A DNA stretch of 64,000 nucleotides, from assembly GCA_030698625.1 (NCBI GenBank), contig JAUYMS010000048.1, positions 21,879 through 85,878 of the forward strand, given 5' to 3'. Below, piece after piece: positions 22,401 through 34,400 of this stretch. The stretch is from Candidatus Omnitrophota bacterium. Lineage in GTDB: Bacteria > Omnitrophota > Omnitrophia > Omnitrophales > Aquincolibacteriaceae. Position 1 is the first letter of the stretch, and each line of letters starts with the position of its first letter. The translations under genes and the position numbers were made by a program. The notes below the pieces were generated by a model. The model searched no databases and was not told the origin of the DNA. It worked only from the letters and a program-made list of their open reading frames with translations.

Positions 22401-25400
22401 ATGGATGGTATTTACAACCGCACACGATACACGTCAGCCGCTGCCGGAGCGCAGTTCCGAGGCGGTATTATGTTGCAACGCATGGTTTTCGGTATCGGAG
22501 AGAATTCTTACTCGGGCGAAATCGCCAGTCGGACATCAGAAGGGGACCGAATCATCCGGGGTAATATGGAGGCAGGCGTCCAAGGGGATGAAACAACGGG
22601 TGTCGTTCGGGTCGGTCAGGAATTCTTTCAGAGGTACCCGGAATTTACGAAAGCTATCGACGGTATTTTGACGGACGGTGAAAATTTTCTGCGCACCGCT
22701 GTTCAAATGGAGATTACCATCGAGAATAGCAAGGTCTATTTATTACAGCTGAAAGCGGCGGAGCGAACCAGTGATGCCGCGGCCGCCGTCATCATGGATT
22801 TGCTGGATCGAGGCGTCATTAATAGTGAGACGGCCTATGATATGGCTCAGAATGTCGACACGGATGCGCTGCGATTTGAAGAGGCGCTCGCGGGGACCGA
22901 TGCCCTGGTGAAGCTTGGCGGGGGTATTCACGTCTCACCGGGTGTTGCCGTTGGGCATCCGGTCATGACGAACGTAGGCGTGAATGAGAGCCGCCAGGGA
23001 GGAGTCCCCTACATCTTGGTAAAGCCCGAGATTCGTGCCCATGATCAGGAAGCCATTCAGGGTGCGAATGGCGATAAGGGTGCCGCGGCTATTGTGGCCC
23101 TCAATCAGATCGGAAATCATGCCGAGACCTTGGCGCTTATAGCGAAGATCCCCGCCGTGTTATCCGTACCCTTCGAGGAGATCGATTTACCACAGGGTAC
23201 ATTTTCGCTGCGTGGATCTGACGGTCAAGTGCATAGACTTCAGGAAACCAACCCGAATGACTTTATCTCGATTGATTCAGACGGCGCCATCTATTTAGGT
23301 AAGGCTGAAATTGTAAAGAGCCGCCGCAGCCTAAGTAAGCGTTCCGGTGATTTCCTTGCATGGAAAATGAAACTTGAGGGCAAGACGCCTGCCTTTGCCG
23401 TCAAAAGAGTGCCTTTCGGCTATGAAAGCTGGAGCACACCCTTCATCGAAGATGTGGTCAGTGAAAATGATTACTACCGCACGGTTCGTGACGGAGTGCG
23501 AGGCGATAAGAAGGTCTTTTTAATCGAACTTATTGATGTGGTCGAAGCCGAAGCAAAGCCGGATAAACAGAAAACAGAAAAGAAGGAACCTGAATATCGC
23601 ACTATTCCTGATTCGGTTATTATCGCGGCCGCTCAAGACGTGTTGGCTCGTGCCGACAGCATCGAGCAGTTCACTTTCTGGCTTTGGCGGCACTACGGTA
23701 AAATGGATCTTAATGCCTATCAGTTCGAAGAAAAAACGGAGAAGGGAAAAGAGATATTCTACGTGCCCTCTCACATTAAATACACAAACGAATCCGCCGC
23801 TCAAATTGCCTACATGCTGCGCGTCCTCAAGGGAAATCCTGAAAGGCTCGCGCAATCCATGTTTCATATGGTTGAGCGCCACAAGCCATGGAGCTATACC
23901 TTTAGGCGGGGGATCATTCCGCGCCTGTCGAGAGAGGATGCGTCCAAGTTCCTGGCTCTGGCGATGAACGAAGCTGTGAAACACGGGCAGAACCACATTG
24001 ATTTTATGATGCCCAGGCTCTTCGCGGAGCTTATCGAGAGTAACACCGAATTTGCGCTTGCCGTAATGCAAAAGGAATTTGGTCCCTTACAGCGCGGTTG
24101 GATGATGAATGGACTTTACGAGTTGTATGAACATCGTCGACTGCGGGAACGGACTATGGACTTTGATCTCCCTGCGGCGGAAAAATTAAAAGCGTTTCTG
24201 CTCGATAGTGTCGTGGATGCGGGAATCGAGTATCAGGTGGCGGAGAGGCATGAACACGGACCTCACGCCAGACGAGAAGTGACATGGACACATGACCCAC
24301 GCCTGCAGGACGAGATCGTTGCGTGGATTCGTACCCGAGAGAGGTCGGAATTGCGCGAGGCAGGGACCGCGATGCGGTCCGAGCTGCGCACCGGACCCGA
24401 TTCCGAGTATGTATCGAATGTCGTGTCGATATCGACAGCTGAGAATCTGTTGGATATCACGCCGGGCAGCATCAGTCAGCGATTTCCGGAATCAGACTAT
24501 GAGGCCCAAATCGATTGGAACCCCGGACTCATTCAATCAGACCGTGGTCTATCGCGGCTCACGATCATTCCGAAGACTGAAGGCAAAGCCAACCTTACCT
24601 ACGTCGTGAAGAGGGCCAACCCCATCAGGCGGGAGCTGGCGGCGCATTTCCAAGGTGAGGGCGATGTAGCCCAAGTTGCGTCTGATAGCGGGTTCGGCCC
24701 CGCCCTATTGCATCAAGAAGGCAACGTCATCATCGAAGAAAAATATCCGCCGGGGCATCACATCGCAGCTCGCGGTTTACTTCTTTCGCCCGTCGAATCA
24801 GCCGCCTTTGGCAGAAAGCTCGCCGGCGCACTTCACAGTATGATCACTCGGGGTCAGCTCGTTTACTACGGCGAAACACCTCAAACTCACATCATGATTC
24901 TGCCCACGAACAAAGACGGCCCCCGTATCCGCTTTTTGGACTGGAGCCATTCGCTTCCATTGCAGAATGACGCCGACCACAAAAATAAATTAGAGGCATT
25001 AAAACAATATGCCTACGTTATCAAAACCTTCTTGGCAAAACCGAGTAATAACATTTATGCATGGCGTAGTTTTGAAGCGACTTTCTTGAGTTTGGCGGAT
25101 ACGCTTGACATCGACTATTACGATGACCTTATCCACCAGGTTCGCAGCTACTATGCAAACAAGGAGACGAATCCGGATAAGGCATCTCGGGAATTATGGG
25201 GTGACTTTTTTTCGTATGCTGACGCGGCTCCGGACCTGGGCAGCGTTCGGACGACTATTGACCAGTCTGTGCCTGCAGAACGAGCTCCCGGAAAATTCGT
25301 TCAGAACCTACTGACATCGGTCAACATTGATTCGCAAGCCTTGCGCTCCGTCAAACTGATCTTGGAGCATGAGGAATATCTTGACGCGGAAATTGCGGAA

Positions 25401-28400
25401 GCCGTCGCGATGGACCTATTTGAGCGCGGCTACCTGGGGAGTAATGTGAATCGTTCCGGCGATGAAATTGCCAACGCTGCGGAAAGCTACCTTGCAAGTC
25501 AGGGCGTGGCCGCAGATGCCATAACGGCCATGCAGGAATCAATACGCCAGGAATTTTCCGAGAAGAACACGGGAATGGACAGAAGGTTTTTTTTAGGTGC
25601 GATTCAACGATTGGCCAAGCAACACAAGCTTTTCGAATCAATGAATCGGCGCGCGTACCGTCAGCTCGCAGAAGGTTTCTTCTCCTATCTGGTCGCTATT
25701 GAAGCAAGGCGAATCACCTTCAAAACCTCGATCTTACCCAACCTGCGAAATCGCGACGAGGGCGAGACATTGGAAGTTTACCTTGAGGGGAATCCCGATA
25801 CCCCCATCAAGGAATATGCGATTAAAGGGCGGCACAAAAACGGGGGCGGTGAACCTGCCCGTTCAACCCGTGCTTCAGAGATGAATTTGGGTCCGCACGT
25901 TGTCTTTGCGCGCAACGAGGAAAGGGTTCGGGAAAACGGGGGCATGCGGAGAATACCGCTCCGCATCGTAGAAGATTTATTGCCTCGCGAGCGGAACATT
26001 CGTCGTATCAGCCCCGGGACATTCACAGAAAATCCACAATACATGGGGATCCTGGTAGATAACGTGGCGACGAAGATTTACCGCATGGTTGATCCGAAGC
26101 GAGGCGACAGGACCATATTGCACCGTTTTGATAATGCCCCGGACCATATGTATATTTTGGACGCTGAACACGGTTTTGATTTCCTGATGATCGACTGGGG
26201 CTTTTCCAACTCGCTTATTCTCCCGACTTATGGCAACGATGCCGCCAAACATCTGGAAAGCATTTTCTCCGTCCTCTTGAGCGAGTTTAATAAGTTCGGG
26301 CCCGACTTTTGGAGCCGGTTCAGAGAGACCCTCTTGCAAATAGCGCGGATCAACGGAGGGCTGCTCGAGGCAGAAATCGAACAAGCGTTTGATAAGGTGC
26401 CCTACCAACCGTCTCGGCAGCGTTCCGAATTGCGCGAGGCAGGGACCGCGATGCGGTCCGAGCTGCGTATGCCGGATGAAGAAATTGCCGATCGGATACT
26501 GGATAAGATTTCACCCGAACGTCGGGGCAAGCGGAGCGTCACAAAGGCGCGTGTCCAAGAGCTGCAAGATGCCGTTGAAGCGGTGCGAACCATGTTGACG
26601 GTAGAAAATACCAAGAATGAACCCCCGGACAGCGACGTCTTTAAGAGCGAAATCTTTAATGCGATAGTCGACAGCAACTTAGTCCACGATTACCGGTTTA
26701 CAACCGGCCGGAACGCACCCAACTTTGCCGCAATGTTTCTTATCGACACGCAAAAACTTTTCACGATGAACGGAGATTACTTCGATGAAGCCTTTCCGGG
26801 AGAGGAAAAACCCCGCTATCTGGCAGTGATGGTAGGCCGGGATGCGGTGGTCGCAACAGCCATTCAAAGCGATCTCAATACGGATGATTTCAAATTTTGG
26901 GTGGACGGCGATTGGAAACATAAACTGTCCTCTGATTTTGACCTCGAGCAGTTTCTGCTTTCAAAAGGGGGCGTGCGCTGGTGGCAGATCGGAGAGTCGG
27001 GACCCTTGCGCGATGTTACTTATGACCAGAAAATAGCAGGAATACAAAAGATAACGAAAGACAAGCGGTTGGAGGCGAAGCATTTTCTCCTTGAACTTTT
27101 CAACCTTGCCCGAGCCATGTCGAACAAGAATCCGCCGGCGAATGTCTTTTTTGAGGGCGGGAAGACGGTTATTTTGGCAAGACAAAAGACGGACTTCGGG
27201 AAGTATCACAATCAGGATGAGATCCTCGCGCGGGCCCGGGAATTGGCTCTGGGCGCGGAGGTCCCAGTTGACGAATCATTTTCAACGGAGGATTTCAACG
27301 GTTGGTTTTCAGATGATGCGCGATCGCTAGAAAAGGACAGCCCCGTTTCAAAGCGCCACCGGATCGCGCAGCAGGTATTCAAAGAGCAAGTCGTTCGTGA
27401 CTGGGTCAAATCCGCGATCACAACAGGTGTGCTCGGGAAACGGTACCTTGCGGGACCGGACATGGCGACCGCGGATGTCATGAAGCTCGTTCAGGACACG
27501 GCTGATGAAGTCCATAACGATCTCGATTTATACCCCGCGCGCGTGACTACCAGTATCAAGGGGGAAGATGCGACCTTCGACCACATCAAATGGCGGACCA
27601 CGAGCATTAGTGTCGTGGCAACACTGCTTTCTTTTATTGATAACGAAGAGTTGATGAAGCGCGCCGGTTATGATCCAACTGATCCGGAACTAAAAATCGA
27701 TATCGTCATTCAAGGTTTTGGTGATGTGGGAACCGGGATCATTAATTACCTCTATGAGTCGCATAAGAACCGCTTGGACGGTTATGGGGGACCCATCCGC
27801 ATTGTGGGTGTTTCGGATGCCGACGGCGGGATCTACAACCATGGAGGTCTCGACATGGAGGAATTAAGGCGCCTGGCCAAGATCCGCGTGGGCGATGATG
27901 AAACTGAGGGAAGGCTTGTCGGCTTGTGGGATGAGTATTTGGGAGGGGAAGAGGCCCGCAAAGAGCCGGAGGCCAAGAAGGAGGCAAAGACACAGCGCGT
28001 TGACCACGGTAATGACATTTTCTATGTGCGTAATAAACATGAAGGGCGCATACGTGAAAGGCCGCTGATCGGAATCCCCGCCGCGGTGCCCGACGTTTTT
28101 CGCAGTGCCCAGGATATTCAGAAATTAAAGGACGATAGTGTCGTTGGGCTTATTTCGCCGGCGAACAATGTGCTCAAAGAGAACGCGGGCTTGGAGGCCG
28201 TACTGCAGGATCTCGGTATCTTCCTCTATGACGGCCCGCATGCGGGATTGGGCGGGATCTATTCGTCTTCGGCCGAGATATACGCCATCATGACGAGGGG
28301 CCTAGAAGCCGTTCGCAGAACTATGAGAGGTAACGACGATGTCTATGAAACGGATTATTATAAAATCCGTACACAGAGTGCCGTTAGAAACACTTCGCTT

Positions 28401-31400
28401 TCGATCAGCCGTTGGCTCAATCATCAGTACCTTTCAGCGATTAAAGCAGGTAGGCCCACCCATTTTTCTGAGATCCAGCGCAAGCTGGCAAAGAGCATTC
28501 GCCAAGCGAAAGGAAATTTCCTTAAAGACCCGAATCTGCGAGCAGGCCTGCTCAAACGCATTGAACGTACCATCGACAAGGTGCTGCCGAGATTGGAAAC
28601 GACTCATGAGGGCAGGGAACTCACAGAGCAACAAAAGAGGCAGCAGCGAGATCTCGTTAAACTTATTATCATTTTAAAGCACGTCGTCGATAGTGCTGTG
28701 GAAACCGTTGTTTATGGCCACGATCCCGACCATATTCAAACTCTCGTAAAAAGACTTGAAACGAACGACCGCAGTACAAGGCGAGCACGAGTAGCCCAAC
28801 AGATCGCGGCTTATGACCTCGCCGTGATGCGCGCTGCGGGTACGGCGTCGACAATGATTGCAGTCTTGCTCGATACAGACAATCGTGACGCCTTGACCCG
28901 GTCCAATGCGGCCTGGGCGCTCGGGATGCTGCGTTCGAAAGACGGTATTCCTCATCTGAAAACGGCACTAAAGGACAAAAGCGTTTATGTCCGTGTCGCC
29001 GCCAGAAGAGGCCTTGATCAATTTTCTCCGGCCGAGCTCGCAGAGACTGAGCGCTCAGAACTTCGCAGTGCGGATACTGTCGGAGAAACAGCAGAACGCG
29101 CGCCGCCTAAGGGGATAAGAATTGCGCTCGAAAAGGGTTGGGTGATCGCCAACCACATCTTTATGTCTGTCCACGCCGCGTTCTTGTTCCCCTATTATAT
29201 TGACCGGTTTGTGGAACGCGTTCTCGTTCCCCAAGGTCTGATTCCTAAAGACCATCTCGTGTTGCTCCCCGAAAGTCTCATCTTAGAATTGATCACGGGC
29301 TTCATCTTGGCGTTTGCGACCGGGTGGATTGCAATTTGGTGGCATGAGCGCGGGCATTACTGGGAGGCCGTGCGCCAAATCACGCTTCGTAAGGATCTTC
29401 TCAAGGAAGCCGGCCGCCGGCTTAAAAAGGGCGGACTCACGCGGCTTTTCTCGGAAGTAAAGATGGCCTTTCTTGCCCCTCTCGGCAAATTCCCCGGCAT
29501 CAAACGCATCGGCCTGACCTTTATGCCGGAATCTCCTTATAACCTTGACGTCGCGGCAGCGGGACCCGCAGCGAGCGGTTCCCTGGCGCGGGTGTTATTG
29601 GCTCTAGGCATCGTGTTTATCGTCATCGGTCTTTTCGGGCATATGGCCATCCCGGCCATTATCGGCCGCGTGTTTCTCGGAGTTGGAACCGTGGCTTTTC
29701 TCGACCGCCTCTTTGCCGATCCGGGTAAACTGCGCGAACTTCGCGTGCGCGAGCGACTCGCAAAAGAGGCCAGTAAGACAGTCGCAGAGAAGATGAGCGG
29801 CGGTGAAAAATGGAGTGATCAGATGGCGGATGTAAGGAATAAATTGCGGCATCAGCGTCAGGAAGTCGTCGGATGGCTCAAGGCGCCTTGGGGTTGGCGT
29901 AACTCTGCGATGGGCGGCGTTCATACCGAGAAAGAATATCCCGAGAGTAATATCAGTATGCAGGAAGGCATGTTTATTCCCATTTCACCTAGGAATGCAG
30001 AAGACGCCCAGGAAATGACGGTGGCTCTGCAGGAGCGCTTAAAGCAGATTATTGACGGTACGGAAGGTTCCCGTGTCATGGGAATCGGTTTAGAGGGAGG
30101 CCTCGCAGCCTACATCACGCCCGCAGAGGGAGACTGGGTGCCGGAACAACGCCTTTACCGAATGATGAAGCAGGCGATCATGGACCTTGGCTATATTCCG
30201 GGTAAGGACGTGGCTCTCGCCCTCGACCCCGCAGCGAGCGAGTTAGAAAATATGTATCGTGAAGAATTTCCCGATGCCGTCGGGATGTACCGTTTTTGGC
30301 GGGCCGATAACCCCATCGACGTGCCGCGCGATTCTGAGGACCCCAACCAGCCTTCTATGATGGGGATTTATCGTAAGATGATCGCCGAAGGCATTCCCAT
30401 TATCTCCATTGAAGACGGTTTCAGTGAGCGTGACTTTGAAGGGTGGCGGCTGCTGATGAAAGAATTTGGCGACAAAATGTTTGTCGTCGCCGACGATTTG
30501 GCCACTACGAATGACATGACGGTTGAAAAGGTTGCGAAAATGGGACTCGCCAATACCCTGCTTGTTAAAGCGAATCAAATCGGCACTCTTTCAGAAACTG
30601 TCTCGGCGATGCTTGTCGCCTTAGGTTATGGCATGGACCTTATCGTCTCGCATCGATCCAAGAAACCCAATGACACCATGGAAGCCCATATCGCAATTGC
30701 GGTGTCCTCAGTCGGTCTGAAAAGCGGCGGCGGCTCCAACACCGAGCGTCTGATTGTCTATCACGAGATTGTGAAAATCTTGCGGCGCATGTCTAAAGTT
30801 CAGACGGCTTCTCCGGATCAGATTCCGGAAGACGAAAGAGCCCGGCTTGACGCGATCGAACAGGCTTTCATTAATGAACTGACGATTCGCGACATCCTGG
30901 CCTTCGAAGAGCCGACGAATGCGGGCGTGCCGACGGTCGGTGTGGAGGTCGACGTTGGTATCCCCGGCGGCAGACTACGCATTCCGTTTACGGCATCGAC
31001 ACCTCTGGGAACATCATCCGGTACGGGTGAGGCCATCCATCTAGTCGATAATGCTATTCCTGGCGGAACTTTGATCCACCGCTACAAGGATCTCTTTGAG
31101 CAAACCGAAACGGTCGGGATCTACCATTTTAAAAAGCGAATCACACGAAAGGAGATCGATGCCCTTGGCGATAGTGACCTGACAAAGCTTTGGGTCAAGG
31201 CAAATCGGTTCAAGGGTAAGGGTGTTTTAAATGCGGCCGAACATGCCGAGCACATCCTTGGAAAAGATTTTCTGGATATGAAACTTGTCGAAATTGAGAG
31301 TCTAGTCGAGATTGACCAGCGTCTCCTCAGAGTCGAGTTTGATCGTGCCGGCAGCCGCGATCAGGACACTTCCGACCCTGTTGCCATCGCTCAGCGCAAG

Positions 31401-34400
31401 GCCAATTTGGGAATGAATGCGATTCTCTCTATTTCGCTGGCCATTGCACGTGTTAAAGCGTGGTCGGAGGGTAAGGAACTTTATCATATCATTCGCGAGC
31501 AGATGGAAGAGACCATGGCGAAGGTGATTGCAGCACAGGCGGATGGTGAGTCGGCTGGTCAGTGGGCGACCGTGCTTGAAGAGAATAGTTTCGATGAATT
31601 GGTGATGGCGTTTCAGGAAGCTTCGGGCAGAATCGCACAGAGTGAAACGCCTCTCTATGAAGTCGTTCGTCAACACCTGCCGGTTTATGACATCAACGGC
31701 GGCCCAAGCACCGTCAATGCCGACCGGTCCGAGCTGCGTCAGACACAGTATGAGCCTAAATCCGTTGAGGTTTTTGCCGAAGGCCTTGAGATGGGAGAGG
31801 CTGCTGCTGAACGTATCATCGAGGTGGCGGCGAAATACCACAACGAGGGCGGGGCCGTCATCCAAATTCCCACAGGATCTACACCGGTGCCGATGTACTG
31901 GCACCTCATCAAGCGCTTCGAAGAAGACCGCTCAATCGATTTGTCGCGCGTCAAATTTTTTAATCTCGATGAATATGTCGGCCTTGAGGCCAACCACCCG
32001 CTCAGCTACCAGTTTTTTATGCAGGAAGTACTCTACAAGCATCTTGATGCTATCGATAAGCAGCAGCGATTACAGCGTGCGCCGAAACCCGAAAACCGCA
32101 ATGTGCCCTCGATCGATTTTTTGGAAACGCATACCGGATACCGCCGCGAGCAGGGTGCGGACGCGGCTGCGGCCATCTATGAAGCTCGCCTTGCCGAGGC
32201 GGTGAAGGCGACGGGGCGCAACATATCGGACCTTACGATTCTGGGCGCCGGCGGCGCCTACCCCTTAGACGGACCCAACGGCTTCCTTAAGACCGACGAC
32301 GGCCGGTTTATCCTGGCCGGCGGGCATATCGGCTTTAATGAGCCGGGTTCCAAGCTGACCGACCGTACGCGTGTCATCAACCTGACGGCCAAGACCAAGA
32401 AGGACACGGGCTTTCGCTTCGGTAATATCCTCAAACGCGGCGATTATCGCGGCCAGTGGGCGGCCAAGGTGCCGGACCAGGCGATTACATTGGGTGTTGC
32501 CAATATTTTGCAGAGCGCCGAGATTCTTCTCCTCGCTAACGGCGAAGAGAAGTCGATCGTCATGAAAGAGGCCTATGAAAACGAGCCCAATCCGGATTTT
32601 CCCGTAACCTTCCTAAAATATCATAAGAATGTTCACTGGCTGCTTGACCGCGATGCCGCCAACAAGCTGCCGCATGTGCTGACACCCTGGACGGAGTATG
32701 AGGATTACGAGTGGACTCAGACAGGCATACGTCAGGCTGTCATCGAGGCACTACGCCGCAATCCCGGCATTACCATCGAACAACTGCGGCGCAGTCATCT
32801 CAACGCTATCGGCGTGACAAACCCGACTCTTGCCCGCTTCGGCGGCATTACGCAGATCAAAGAAGATCTCCGGACCTTTCTGCAGCCGCACTTTTCAACC
32901 GGCAGCAAGGCTCTGTTACCGCGCCGCCAGAACATTGTCATTTTCTCGCCCCATCCTGATGACGATGCGATTACCTCAGCGGCGACGATCCGCAAGCTGG
33001 TGGAGCGAGGCAACAATGTCACCATCGTTTATCAGACCGGAGGAGAAAATGCAGTTCGCAAGGAAGGTAAAACGATACAGATCCACGCGAAACTGGTCCG
33101 CGATTTCATTGCCCGCAAGGGCAAGGATCCGTCCGGCGTCGAAGACCTCGAGCTTCAGCGCATAGCACGTATCCTCACACGCAAAGAGGAGGCCGACAAC
33201 GCCGTTGCTGCCGCAGTTCGCGGCGCACGTTCGCGGGGAGGAGAACTCGGCACCGTGAAAACATTATTTATGGACCTGCCTTACTATTATGCGCGCGGTT
33301 TCGTTGACCAGGCCGCAGTGAGTGAGCAGAAGGATGTGATGCCCACCGTCGACGTATTGAATCAGCTGAATCCGGACCACATCTTTATTTCGGCCGAGCA
33401 GGACCCGCACGGGGCGCATGGCCTCGGCGTCAAAGCCATTCAGCGGGCGCTTCTGCACAACCGGTCCCGAGTGTCGCGGCATGTCAAGATCTGGGGTTAC
33501 CGGGGCGCTTATGAAGAGTGGCCGCTCGAAAACCCGGAAGGCCTCGTCATTGTTCCCTTCGATGAAGCGGCCATGGAAATAAAAATTGATTCAATCCTTG
33601 AGCATGTCTCCCAGCTGAAGCCTCTTTTCCCGAGTTTTGATCCGCGTGAGTTCTGGGAAAGGGCCCGTGACCGCAACGGAGCGACGGGCCGATTGCTGCA
33701 ACAGCTGGGTTTGGTTCCGCCTGACGGCAATTTCTATGCCGAGGTTTTTCGCATAATGACGTTTGAAGAGTTCACCGGGGCACGCTCGGAGCTGCGGGTA
33801 TCCGTCAAAGAAGTCTTGGTCGGGCTTGCGCTCGTGGGTGTGCTCGCGACCGGGTCGCACGGCGCACTACCGGCGAATCAGACGCCCACGCTTGCCCGTG
33901 CCACGCTTACGGACAGAAGCACGCTACCTTACGGGGTTATTTCGGATCACCCGGTGGTTGTCCTGACCGCCGATTCTTTTACGGTTCAAAAATCCGGGAG
34001 AAACCACTACCTGGTGCCTTCAGGAAGCGGTCTCAAGATTCAAGTCACTGCCGGCAGTGTCGAGGTTCGTGACGGTCTCGTGATTCAGGTCAGCGAAGGG
34101 GACCGGCACTTGGCGGCGTTCAATCTCAAAGGGGAGGTCAAAAAAGCCGTTGCGGCCTCGAATGAACGCAAACAAGGTGAGCGCGATTTGACCGACCTGC
34201 GGCAATTGGCGGTCAATTTAGGGACGGCTCTGAATCGCTCCTTTTCGAGAATAGACAGTGTTTCCCATGATTTTGAGATAATGCAGGCATTGAAGGCGTA
34301 TCGAGATCGTGTCGCAAAAGGTATTGATCTCGAGACGGATAAGGAGGCGCAGGAAGCTGTCGCCGAGATCGTCGCGGCTTATTTGGCGCGCATCGAGGCG

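Noticed and set aside
23040-23180. Apparent loss of the catalytic phospho-His in the PPDK-like mobile domain (pseudo-enzyme idea)
   Set aside because: On re-alignment the His is present (IGNHAETLALIAKIPAV aligns to TSHAAVVARGWGKCCV). My first alignment to GDKGAAAIVAL was shifted by one block.
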